From Candidatus Magasanikbacteria bacterium CG11_big_fil_rev_8_21_14_0_20_39_34 (GTDB lineage Bacteria; Patescibacteriota; Patescibacteriia; Magasanikbacterales; UBA922), in the NCBI GenBank assembly GCA_002787355.1, contig PCWN01000007.1, forward strand, positions 86,517-150,516: 64,000 nucleotides of DNA, given 5' to 3'. The notes under the pieces are model-generated. The model saw only the letters and a list, made by a program, of their open reading frames with translations. It did not search any database and was not told where the DNA came from. Position numbers and translations under genes: made by a program. Below, piece after piece: positions 9,464-17,971 of the stretch. Position 1 is the first letter of the stretch. Each line of letters starts with the position of its first letter.

Positions 9464-10006
9464 ATGAAGAGTGTAACATTTATAACCGGAAACCAAGATA
9501 AAGCGGATTATTTGGAAAAATATCTTGGTTATCCTGTGGATCATGTAAAGTTAGATTTGGATGAAATTCAATCAATGGATCTGAAAGAAATTGTGGAACA
9601 TAAAATAAAGCAGGCGTATCAGTCAATACAAAAACCGGTTATTGTAGAAGATGTTTCATTGGAGTTTGCAGCGTTGAATGGTTTACCGGGACCATTCATT
9701 CGTTTTTTTGTAGATAAGGTTCCGTTTAAGAGCATTTGTTCAATGATTCCTCCTCAATCACGTGCGGCAACGGCACGTTGTGTTTTTGGGTATTATGATG
9801 GAAATATATTGAAACTTTTTGAGGGATCACTTAATGGAACCATTGCAGAAGAGCCTGCCGGTGAAAATGGTTTTGGTTGGGACAAGATATTTATTCCAGA
9901 TGGATACTCTGTCACTCGTGCATCTCTGAGTGAAGAAGATGACAAAAAAACATATTTGCAAGTTAAACCTTTTGCAAAACTGAAGGAATTTCTTCTATCA
10001 GAATAG
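9464..10006 (+). CDS. Ham1/ITPase non-canonical purine NTP pyrophosphatase
   Basis: FITGN..K, EIQ, VED..L, GLPGP, GFGWD.IF. Confidence 0.9.
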   Translation: MKSVTFITGNQDKADYLEKYLGYPVDHVKLDLDEIQSMDLKEIVEHKIKQAYQSIQKPVIVEDVSLEFAALNGLPGPFIRFFVDKVPFKSICSMIPPQSRAATARCVFGYYDGNILKLFEGSLNGTIAEEPAGENGFGWDKIFIPDGYSVTRASLSEEDDKKTYLQVKPFAKLKEFLLSE

Positions 10007-10030
10007 GAAAGGGAAAGCCAATTTTTTTAC

Positions 10031-10933
10031 ATGAAAGAAATAGAGAAGAAAATTCGGGAATATATATGTGCATATGAAGGTCCAAAAAGGATGGCTTTGT
10101 CGAGGCGGTATCCTTTTCTTCGTGGACCTATTATTTTTTTTAGGCATTTTCTACGAAATATCCAAAATTTTTTTGATCAAAATATACAGTATAGAAGGGA
10201 AAAAAGTTTTTTTGAATGTGTGGTTGCCAGACATCAGTCTGTGTTGAGACGTAAACTGGGACAGAGTAACCCAAGGTTGCAGGAGCAAAAAATAACAAAC
10301 TTAAAACATGCTATTGATAAGCTCAATGGTATAGTCATAGAACCTAACCATATTTTTTCCTTTTGGGACATTGTAGGAAAACCAAGATATAAGGACGGAT
10401 ATGTAGATGGGATGTTGCTATCCAATGGGGAAGTGGTAGAAGGCATTGGAGGTGGTCTTTGCCAACTTTCTAACTTTCTGTATTGGATTTTTTTACATAC
10501 TTCTACCGAAATTGTAGAAAGGCATCATCATTCCAAGGATGTATTTCCAGACTCTGGAAGAGTACTTCCATTTGGAGGAGGGGCAACTATCTTGTATAAT
10601 TTTATTGACCTCCAAGTAAGGAATACGTCGAATTATCCGCTCCAGGTAAAAATATGGTTAACAGAGGACCATTTGGAGGGGCAGCTATATTCACCCCATC
10701 AATCGATGGAAAAATTTCATATAGGAGAAAAGAACCATTTTTTTGTAAAAAGAGGAAATCACTACTTCCGTTATAATGAAATCTATAGGGAAAAATTCAA
10801 AGATGGAGTTCTCTTAAAAACAGAAAACATAGTTACCAACTTTGCACCGGTACTCTATGAGGTCACGGAAGATTATATACAAAAAAATCATTTTAAGGTT
10901 TTAGATTTTTCTCATGTAAATTGTGACAAATAA
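10031..10933 (+). CDS. VanW family protein
   Basis: FSFW..VG, GIGGGLCQLSN, ERHHHS, GATI.YN..DL. Confidence 0.88.
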   Translation: MKEIEKKIREYICAYEGPKRMALSRRYPFLRGPIIFFRHFLRNIQNFFDQNIQYRREKSFFECVVARHQSVLRRKLGQSNPRLQEQKITNLKHAIDKLNGIVIEPNHIFSFWDIVGKPRYKDGYVDGMLLSNGEVVEGIGGGLCQLSNFLYWIFLHTSTEIVERHHHSKDVFPDSGRVLPFGGGATILYNFIDLQVRNTSNYPLQVKIWLTEDHLEGQLYSPHQSMEKFHIGEKNHFFVKRGNHYFRYNEIYREKFKDGVLLKTENIVTNFAPVLYEVTEDYIQKNHFKVLDFSHVNCDK

Positions 10934-10936
10934 AAT

Positions 10937-11470
10937 ATGAGTATGGATTTAACACAAGTAAAAATAGAAACAGGACGTCTGCTTCTTGTACCTGTTTCCA
11001 CAGAATATACCGAACAGCTTTTTTCTGGTTATCGTGAACCTGTTATTCAATATATGAATCACGGCCCCGCAGAAAGTTTAGAGGTATTAAAAGAAAGAAT
11101 TTTACAGAAAGAGAAAGATACGAAGGATGGATTGCAACTTCCTTTGGTTGTGCTGAATAAGGAAACAAAAGAGTTTCTTGGTTCATTTGTATTGGAGGAT
11201 CTGGACGGAAGAACTCCTGAGATGGGGGGATGGTTAAAAGAGTCTGCACTTGGAAATCACTACGGTCAGGAAGCTACCGCAGCATTGAAAAATTGGGCAG
11301 ATGAAAATCTTGATTTTGACTACATTATATGGCCATGTGTAGCTACGAATGTTCCAAGCAGAAAACTCGCAGAGTCCCTGGGTGGGAGGGTAGAGAAAGA
11401 ATATGAAAAAAAGACGGCAAGGGGAAAGGTCTGGCCATACGTGGAATACTGGATTTCAAAAAAGTTGTAA
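10937..11470 (+). CDS. GNAT N-acetyltransferase (RimJ/RimL type)
   Basis: IETGRLLL, G..YGQEA, N.PSRKLAE.LG. Confidence 0.85.
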   Translation: MSMDLTQVKIETGRLLLVPVSTEYTEQLFSGYREPVIQYMNHGPAESLEVLKERILQKEKDTKDGLQLPLVVLNKETKEFLGSFVLEDLDGRTPEMGGWLKESALGNHYGQEATAALKNWADENLDFDYIIWPCVATNVPSRKLAESLGGRVEKEYEKKTARGKVWPYVEYWISKKL

Positions 11471-11472
11471 AA

Positions 11473-11880
11473 ATGTTTTGTATGGATGATAAAGATGAAA
11501 TTTTTGTAAAAAATTCAGTCTTAGAAGGGACTGGGGTTTTTGCGGCCAAAAATTTTAAAAAAGGAGAGGCCGTAACGAAATGGAAAATACAAAAAATATT
11601 AACACACAAGCAGGTACAAAATTTGAGTGAGGAGGAATCCAAATATGTTTCTCAAGTAGGAAAAGATGCCTTTATTATTATTGGAGAGCCGGAAAGGTAT
11701 ATCAATCACTCCTGTAGTCCAAATACACAGATACAGGGTAACTCAGATATTGCTATAAGGGATATAAGAAAAGGTGAAGAGATAACATCAGACTATTCAA
11801 AAGAAGAATATCCGGCCCCATTTACTTGTAACTGTGGGGAAATAAATTGCAAAAAAGACATTGGAAAAATTTTTTCTTAA
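11473..11880 (+). CDS. SET domain methyltransferase with post-SET
   Basis: G.GVFA, RYINHSCSPN, GEEITSDY, CNCG...C. Confidence 0.9.
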   Translation: MFCMDDKDEIFVKNSVLEGTGVFAAKNFKKGEAVTKWKIQKILTHKQVQNLSEEESKYVSQVGKDAFIIIGEPERYINHSCSPNTQIQGNSDIAIRDIRKGEEITSDYSKEEYPAPFTCNCGEINCKKDIGKIFS

Positions 11881-11891
11881 ATTTTATTTCT

Positions 11892-12386
11892 ATGGCGGAC
11901 TTTGATCTTACAAAAAATGCAAAAAAAGTAATAGAAGATATAATCTATATTACTATTGCTACCTGTGATAGCGATGGTCAACCATGGAACTCCCCCGTAT
12001 ATTCTGCATTTGATAAAGAATATCAATTTTATTGGGCATCTTGGAAAGAAAATCAGCATTCAAGAAATATACGAGAAAATAAAAATGTTTTTGTGGTGAT
12101 TTATGATTCTACGGTTCCTGAAAGTACTGGGTTTGGTGTATATATGAGAGGAACGGCATATCAACTTGGGAAAAGAAATATGGTAGAAATCATAAAAGCA
12201 TTGAAACTGTTGTATGTTCGAAAAGAAAAAAAACCAAAAAAACCTGAAGAGTTTTTAGGTATATTACCCAGACGAATTTATAAATTTGTACCAGAACAAA
12301 TATGGGTAAATTCTTGTGGAGATATAAAAGGAAATTTTGTTGACTCAAGAACTGATATCACCTCAGAAATTCTGAATTCGCTATGA
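11892..12386 (+). CDS. Pyridoxamine 5'-phosphate oxidase-like FMN-binding protein
   Basis: TIAT...GQPWNSPV, S....QHSRNI..N. Confidence 0.85.
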   Translation: MADFDLTKNAKKVIEDIIYITIATCDSDGQPWNSPVYSAFDKEYQFYWASWKENQHSRNIRENKNVFVVIYDSTVPESTGFGVYMRGTAYQLGKRNMVEIIKALKLLYVRKEKKPKKPEEFLGILPRRIYKFVPEQIWVNSCGDIKGNFVDSRTDITSEILNSL

Positions 12387-12790
12387 AAAAAATATTAGTA
12401 AACATTATTTTTGGAATACACGTTTGTGTTTTTTTATTTTTTCCCCTCGCTTTTTTTATTCCTGCAAGTGTATGGGAAAAAAGGATTGAATTTCATTTTT
12501 GGTATTGTTTTTCGCTTTTCATGCTCTTTTATCTTTGGGGAATGTTATGGACGCTCAGACGAAAAGATAAAATATACTCCATCTGTATACTGGATACACT
12601 AATGCAATATTTGAGAGGATATTCTATGTGGGATCCTAAAAACTATGAGCACTCCTTTGTAGAGGAAATGACTACAAGATTTGGAAGGCTAAGACTGGCA
12701 AATGAACGTATACCATTACTTTTGCTTATTTGTATTATTTTATCGGCTGGACTATACTTGCTTAAACTTGAGGGGGTTATACTCTATTAA
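12383..12790 (+). CDS. Hypothetical membrane protein (DUF2784-like)
   Basis: TM helices with conserved-looking His residues and C.L motif. Confidence 0.5.
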   Translation: MKKILVNIIFGIHVCVFLFFPLAFFIPASVWEKRIEFHFWYCFSLFMLFYLWGMLWTLRRKDKIYSICILDTLMQYLRGYSMWDPKNYEHSFVEEMTTRFGRLRLANERIPLLLLICIILSAGLYLLKLEGVILY

Positions 12791-12837
12791 CGAAAAAAGT
12801 ACACTTAATTATATAAAAAAATAAGCAGAAGAACCAT

Positions 12838-13239
12838 ATGCATAGTGAAGAACAAAGAAGACAAACATTAGAGATGGCTTTAACAGAATTTGAGCGGGAT
12901 GAATTTGATGCCGGTGCTAGGTTAACCAGAGATGCGTATAATGTGTGGAATAATATAAAATTATGGTTTGAACTTCGAGATGATATGGGGGATGAAATTG
13001 GGGAATTACAGCCTTTAGAGCATTACGAGCAATATTATAGAAGAACAAGAGCGGAAAGACCCGGAAATGTAGATGCATTAATGATGAGAAGTGACGCTAC
13101 TGCGGTTGCAGAATTTGATGCGCTTGTGGATGAATTTAATAACAATTTAGATTCGATTTTAACAGGTGGTATTGAAGAGGCAAAAAAATATATTGGAAGA
13201 GCAAAGGCGCTTATTGATTCAAATAAGTCTGAAAAATAA
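12838..13239 (+). CDS. Hypothetical acidic helical protein
   Basis: ORF with host-like composition. Confidence 0.6.
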   Translation: MHSEEQRRQTLEMALTEFERDEFDAGARLTRDAYNVWNNIKLWFELRDDMGDEIGELQPLEHYEQYYRRTRAERPGNVDALMMRSDATAVAEFDALVDEFNNNLDSILTGGIEEAKKYIGRAKALIDSNKSEK

Positions 13240-13241
13240 TT

Positions 13242-13631
13242 ATGCAAAAAAATTGGAATACACTTACAAAAGTACATGAATTTCGCTTTAAAATGTATCC
13301 CAAAAATTTTGACCTTGTGAAAAATTTTTACAGAGAGATTCTTCAGTTTCCCATTATTGAAGAATGGAATACCGCTTCAGACGATAGAGGGGTTATGTTT
13401 GATACCGGAAGTTGTACTGTGGAGTTATTATCACCGGAAGGGGGGTACTATCCCATACAGGGGTGTAGTCTTTCTTTTGAGGTTAAAGATGTTTGGAAAC
13501 TTTGGGAAAAATTTGAAGGTCAAAGTTATGTAGTTTTCTCTATTCGGCATAATGAATGGGGAGACACTTCGTTTAAAATTTCTGATCCGGAAGGTTTGCC
13601 AATTACTTTTTTTACAAAAGATAACGTGTAA
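13242..13631 (+). CDS. VOC/glyoxalase family protein
   Basis: FYREILQF, FEVKDV, WG..SF.I.DPEG. Confidence 0.8.
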   Translation: MQKNWNTLTKVHEFRFKMYPKNFDLVKNFYREILQFPIIEEWNTASDDRGVMFDTGSCTVELLSPEGGYYPIQGCSLSFEVKDVWKLWEKFEGQSYVVFSIRHNEWGDTSFKISDPEGLPITFFTKDNV

Positions 13632-13638
13632 AATTTGT

Positions 13639-14232
13639 ATGGATGAAAAAATGGATAGACTTATTGCAGATATATTAAAATTAAAGCAACCACTCATTAT
13701 AGGCGTGTCTGGTTTTGGCGGATCAGGAAAATCTACTTTTGCAAAATATTTGGCAAAAAAATTAGATGCTCCGGTTGTGGGTGTAGATTCTTTTTGTACC
13801 AGTAATCTTCATCTTGGACATAAGCTTTGGGATATTATGGATTATGAGAGAATGGAAAAGGAAGTACTCATACCGGTACAACAGGGGGAGTCAGATATAA
13901 AATATGGAGAGTATGGTTGGGATAAGAGTGAAGAAACTCATGTGGTTGAGATTCATTTTAAGGGTATTCTCGTGGTAGAAGGTGTTGGTCTTTTTAGACC
14001 GAGTTTGCGAAAATACTTTTCTTTCACCTTTTGGATAGACTGTCCAATTGATGAAGCAATGGAACGAGGAAAAAAAAGAGACAAAGAATTGTATGGCAAT
14101 CCTCAAGATTTCCTTTGGGATGGTATATGGAAAGAACAGGATCAAGAATGTTTTGAAAAATTTTTGCCAAAAGAATATGTAGACCACATTATTGATCATT
14201 CAAAAGTAGGGGAATGGGTTATTGAAAAATAA
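13639..14232 (+). CDS. Uridine kinase-like P-loop kinase
   Basis: IIGVSGFGGSGKST, D.F, ILVVEG, R...RD. Confidence 0.8.
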   Translation: MDEKMDRLIADILKLKQPLIIGVSGFGGSGKSTFAKYLAKKLDAPVVGVDSFCTSNLHLGHKLWDIMDYERMEKEVLIPVQQGESDIKYGEYGWDKSEETHVVEIHFKGILVVEGVGLFRPSLRKYFSFTFWIDCPIDEAMERGKKRDKELYGNPQDFLWDGIWKEQDQECFEKFLPKEYVDHIIDHSKVGEWVIEK

Positions 14233-14236
14233 ATGT

Positions 14237-14650
14237 ATGAAAAAAACTCTTATCCATGCCGCAGGATGTTTTATGGAATATGATGGAGAATTCATTATTC
14301 TTTTAAGAAATTCAGAAAAACCTGATGGAAATACTTGGGGACTGCCTGCGGGAAAAATAGATTCTGGTGAGACTCCTCTTGGTTGTATTGTCCGTGAAAT
14401 CAAAGAAGAAACTGGATATACGACTGAACCAGAAGAGCTGAAATTTTTGGGGAAATATGAATATTCGTTCCCAGAGTTTAACCTTGTATTTTTTACATAC
14501 AAATTATGTCTCCAAGAACGAATTAAAATCGTATACAGTGAGAGAGAGCATAGAGATTGGATGTATGTATCTGCAGATAATTGTTATAGTATGAAAAATT
14601 TGGTTCGTGGACTTCATGATGTTATAAAGCGGACTGGTTATATAAAATAA
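14237..14650 (+). CDS. Nudix hydrolase (paralog of 2787-3233)
   Basis: WGLPAGKIDSGET....VREIKEETG. Confidence 0.9.
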   Translation: MKKTLIHAAGCFMEYDGEFIILLRNSEKPDGNTWGLPAGKIDSGETPLGCIVREIKEETGYTTEPEELKFLGKYEYSFPEFNLVFFTYKLCLQERIKIVYSEREHRDWMYVSADNCYSMKNLVRGLHDVIKRTGYIK

Positions 14651-14670
14651 AAAAACTCTCATCCGAGAGA
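14649..14670 (-). terminator. Terminator of GC-rich unit 1
   Basis: Minus strand CTCTC-GGAT-GAGAG-TTTTTTT. Confidence 0.6.
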
Positions 14671-14719
14671 TTGTGCGACGACCCGAAGAGGTGGGGGATC
14701 CGGGTCGCGGCGAAGGGGG

Positions 14720-14986
14720 CTAGCGGAGGCGTGGCTGCCGCCGAGGAGGAGAGAAGAGGAAGCGGTAGATGGAGTAGATGATCACCACCGTGATGATGAG
14801 GGCGCAGATCTTGGCAGCTTCCTCGGATGGCCACCAGGGGATGAGGTTGAGGCCGAGCCCTGCATCCAGGGTCACCGTCCCCAGGATGAGGTGGCAGAAG
14901 ATAGCAAACACCCGCACGGAGAGCGGGTACTCTTGGGCGGTTTGCTTCCACGTGTTCCCGGTGGTCGTTCTCGCGGTGCCGTGCAT
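14720..14986 (-). CDS. High-GC orphan small membrane protein (88 aa, 2 TM)
   Basis: Strong RBS AAGGAGGAG (14999-14991) before ATG 14986; GC-ending codons; two hydrophobic segments and an Arg/Pro tail. Confidence 0.7.
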   Translation of the reverse strand: MHGTARTTTGNTWKQTAQEYPLSVRVFAIFCHLILGTVTLDAGLGLNLIPWWPSEEAAKICALIITVVIIYSIYRFLFSPPRRQPRLR

Positions 14987-15018
14987 GGGTCTCCTCCTTA
15001 TCATGCGTGGCCGCGCCT

Positions 15019-15047
15019 ATTTTTACAGATTTTTACAAAAAAGTCAA
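15019..15047 (-). promoter_or_regulatory. Sigma70-like promoter of GC-rich unit 1
   Basis: TTGACT-16 nt-TAAAAA(T); GC-rich sequence begins immediately downstream. Confidence 0.55.
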
Positions 15048-15120
15048 TTTTTCTTTTAAAACAAGTCTTTTCAAGTAGAAGAAAATTCTATACAATGGAG
15101 ATGGAATAGAAAAATATTTT

Positions 15121-15630
15121 ATGAAACATGCCAAAAAATTTTGGTCACTTATGAAAATATGTTTAGCAATTTTATTTTTTTGCTTTGTTTTGATTCTCAT
15201 GAGTATCTACACACCTAAAGATAAAAAAGAAGACATGCGCTTGCCTATACCTGGAATTTATCTTGGGGATTCGGGCCTGTGTAATGCAACGGAATGTTTT
15301 CCAGAAACAAGTATTTCTATGAAACTTATGAATGGAGCGGAAGTGACACACACATATGTGTGGAACAAAAATTTTCAAGAGGAGGTTCTTTTTTCTACAG
15401 ACTCACCACAGCGGCTTACCGAGGTTGGTTCTCAGGAAGATGACACATTTTTTGCGCCTATTGATAAACGGGATGTCCTCTATCAAGAAAATCCGTTTTT
15501 TATGGATCTTGAGGGAAAATTTTTTTTGAAAGAAAAAGATTATTTAATCTATCCACTTCTCTTTTGGAAAAATTCGGATAATACATGGATTGAGCTTATA
15601 AATAAGAATTTTATCCATCCTATGGACTGA
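15121..15630 (+). CDS. Membrane-anchored hypothetical protein
   Basis: N-terminal TM followed by soluble domain. Confidence 0.6.
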   Translation: MKHAKKFWSLMKICLAILFFCFVLILMSIYTPKDKKEDMRLPIPGIYLGDSGLCNATECFPETSISMKLMNGAEVTHTYVWNKNFQEEVLFSTDSPQRLTEVGSQEDDTFFAPIDKRDVLYQENPFFMDLEGKFFLKEKDYLIYPLLFWKNSDNTWIELINKNFIHPMD

Positions 15631-15654
15631 AATATAATTTCTATACCAAAATAT

Positions 15655-16089
15655 ATGCATTATCAACATAAACAAATTGGATACCTCATGATATATATGC
15701 TTTCAGGAATAAGTATTCTTTTTTTGTGGAGTATAAAAATTTCAGGTTTTAACCCTCTCACTTTTATTGGTATGTTTGTTGTTTTTGGTATTGTTTTTTC
15801 TTTTACTTCTCTGAGTGTGACCATTGATCAACAATTTTTAAAGATTCAGTTTGGCTATGGCCTTTATAAAAAAAGTTTTATTTTATCTGAGATTACTTCT
15901 GTGAAGGAAGTAAAAAATCATTGGTATTATGGCTATGGCGTTCGAGTATGGTGGTGGCCATATATGTGGATCTACAATGTATCTGGATTTGATGCCGTGG
16001 AAATTATTCTCAAGAATGGCCGAAGATACCGGGTCGGGACAGATGAACCGCAAAAATTAGCAGAAGCATTAAGAAGGAGTATTTTGTAA
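15655..16089 (+). CDS. Two-TM protein with bacterial PH-like domain
   Basis: L.V.ID...L.I.FG, GYGVR, YNVSG..AVEI, GTDEP..L. Confidence 0.7.
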   Translation: MHYQHKQIGYLMIYMLSGISILFLWSIKISGFNPLTFIGMFVVFGIVFSFTSLSVTIDQQFLKIQFGYGLYKKSFILSEITSVKEVKNHWYYGYGVRVWWWPYMWIYNVSGFDAVEIILKNGRRYRVGTDEPQKLAEALRRSIL

Positions 16090-16107
16090 AATGAGATAAA
16101 TCTTCAC

Positions 16108-16656
16108 ATGAATAAAAATATTAAGATTCTCCTTTTGGGAGCAAACATTTGGTTTTTTGGTGAAGGTCTCTTGGGTCCACTTTTTGCGGTATATACCCAA
16201 AAAGTTGGAGGAGATGTTTTAGATATTTCTTGGGCATGGGCAACATATCTTATCCTTGCTGGGTGTCTTTATATTCTTGTTGGAAAGTTAACGGATAAGC
16301 ATAATAATAAAGAAAAGGTGATGGTTATTGGGTATGCATTAAATGCTATAATGACGTTTGGATATCTACTTGTTTCTGTCCCTTGGCATCTTTTTGTGGT
16401 ACAGGCTGGATTGGGAGTCGCTGTTGCTATGTCCACTCCAACGTGGAATGCTTTATATGCGAAGTATAGTGATAAAGAGTATGATGGATTTCTTTGGGGG
16501 CTTGCCGGAGGGATGGCACAAATTTGTACGGGATTAGCCATAATTGTTGGTGGATATATTGTGAGTTATGGTTCTTTCAAAATATTATTTATAACCATGG
16601 GGACACTTCAGACAATATCAACGATATATCAGGCACAAATACTTAAAAATAACTGA
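16108..16656 (+). CDS. Half-size (6 TM) MFS-family protein
   Basis: MFS motif A-like GKLTDKHNNK, VVQAGLG; only 182 aa. Confidence 0.7.
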   Translation: MNKNIKILLLGANIWFFGEGLLGPLFAVYTQKVGGDVLDISWAWATYLILAGCLYILVGKLTDKHNNKEKVMVIGYALNAIMTFGYLLVSVPWHLFVVQAGLGVAVAMSTPTWNALYAKYSDKEYDGFLWGLAGGMAQICTGLAIIVGGYIVSYGSFKILFITMGTLQTISTIYQAQILKNN

Positions 16657-16685
16657 AACTATCATTTTTTACAAATAAATACAAT

Positions 16686-17024
16686 ATGCCCAATCATAGT
16701 GTAGGGATTCATCATCATATTAAAAGGAAACAAAAAAGAAAAGAATCCTTTTTAGAAAATTCATTTACAAAACAGTTCATTGATCGAGCTATCTATTTTG
16801 TGGGTTTCTTTGGTCCTATCATGACCCTTCCGCAACTTTCCAAAATATGGTTGGAAAAAAATGCAGAGGGAGTTTCTGCGGTTTCTTGGGGGGCCTATAT
16901 TATAGTAGCTATATTTTGGGTTTTATATGGTCTTATTCATAAAGAAAAACCTTTAGTGGTGATATCTTTGGTATGGATAGTTTTAGAATTTATGATTGTT
17001 ACCGGTACATTGATGTATGGCTAG
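16686..17024 (+). CDS. SemiSWEET/PQ-loop transporter
   Basis: TLPQL..IW, GVS..SW, W..YG. Confidence 0.8.
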   Translation: MPNHSVGIHHHIKRKQKRKESFLENSFTKQFIDRAIYFVGFFGPIMTLPQLSKIWLEKNAEGVSAVSWGAYIIVAIFWVLYGLIHKEKPLVVISLVWIVLEFMIVTGTLMYG

Positions 17025-17060
17025 TCGTATTTTTGTAATATTTCTTATTCTAGGAAAGAC

Positions 17061-17089
17061 TTGAAAAAATATTGAGAAATTGGTATTCT
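17061..17089 (+). promoter_or_regulatory. Sigma70 promoter
   Basis: TTGAAA-17-TATTCT with extended TG. Confidence 0.5.
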
Positions 17090-17118
17090 ATAAACCGTTA
17101 AATCTTATAGTATTGTGT

Positions 17119-17283
17119 ATGAAATGTATTTGCGTTGAATGCAAAAATGAAGTGGATCTCTCAGATTACACTCATATAAAAGAAGGACAAATCATAGAAT
17201 GTAATACCTGTGGTATAACTCTGTGTGTACTTGCTACCAATGATGGAGTGGTAGATGTAGAGGTTGCAGACGAAGGAAAATAG
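17119..17283 (+). CDS. LysW-like zinc-ribbon protein
   Basis: CVEC...GQIIECNTCG..L.V, acidic tail DEGK. Confidence 0.65.
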   Translation: MKCICVECKNEVDLSDYTHIKEGQIIECNTCGITLCVLATNDGVVDVEVADEGK

Positions 17284-17288
17284 ACCAT

Positions 17289-17320
17289 AAAAAAAGAAAG
17301 GACGTTGCCTTTCTTTTTTT
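17289..17320. terminator. Bidirectional terminator
   Basis: AAAAAAAGAAAGG/CCTTTCTTTTTTT between convergent genes. Confidence 0.75.
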
Positions 17321-17326
17321 ATTCAT

Positions 17327-17971
17327 CTATATTTTTCCAAAGAGGCGTGCCATGCGAAAGATTTCCAAATATACCGAATCCCAATCCTTGCATGGAATCA
17401 CATTTATGGTGGTATCATGAGGATAGTCCAGATGACTATAGAGAAATACGGTTCCATCATATGTTGGTGGAAGAGAAGCAATGAGACCCGGATTATCATC
17501 TATGATACCCAAGAGTCTATCTTCATATTCTGCCAGAATGGAAGCCTTCCAAGGATTATGATTGGATCTTCCAAGCTCCGTTGGTTTCATAATCAGGGGA
17601 ATTTCTGGAAAGCCATGCTTTTGTAACCACTCTTGTGTAACTTCTCGTGTAGATTCAGGTCTAGCCGTAAGATAACAAGAAATGGGCAAAAATTGGCTTA
17701 TCCGTTCAACGAGGTGATGGGCGTTTTCAATGATAGGCAGGTTCTTATACCCTGCTACATCGTAATACTTTGCAATCTTCCATTGTATGACCTCTTCACT
17801 CTCCCAGTAGGGAACTGCATCCGAATGCGAGTACTTTTTTGCAATTTCCTGTATTGTTAAATTTTCGGGGTTTCCAAAAGTATCCATGAGACCTTGGTAC
17901 CAGCTTACGTGTGTAATGGAAAGAGTATCATCAATATCAAGAGCAATTCCTTTTTGTATGTCTTCAATCAT
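17327..17971 (-). CDS. HAD-superfamily 5'(3')-nucleotidase-like phosphatase
   Basis: DIDDTL, YLTARP, T..WL..HGF, IIDDN. Confidence 0.8.
   Translation of the reverse strand: MIEDIQKGIALDIDDTLSITHVSWYQGLMDTFGNPENLTIQEIAKKYSHSDAVPYWESEEVIQWKIAKYYDVAGYKNLPIIENAHHLVERISQFLPISCYLTARPESTREVTQEWLQKHGFPEIPLIMKPTELGRSNHNPWKASILAEYEDRLLGIIDDNPGLIASLPPTYDGTVFLYSHLDYPHDTTINVIPCKDWDSVYLEIFRMARLFGKI

Noticed and set aside
10031-10933. Vancomycin resistance cluster
   Set aside because: Only a VanW-family gene is present, with no vanHAX or vanRS.
14622-15109. Alternative ORFs 14622-14951 (-), 14778-15059 (+), 14891-15109 (+)
   Set aside because: They lack an RBS and run across the compositional boundaries; 14720-14986 has the SD, promoter and terminator.
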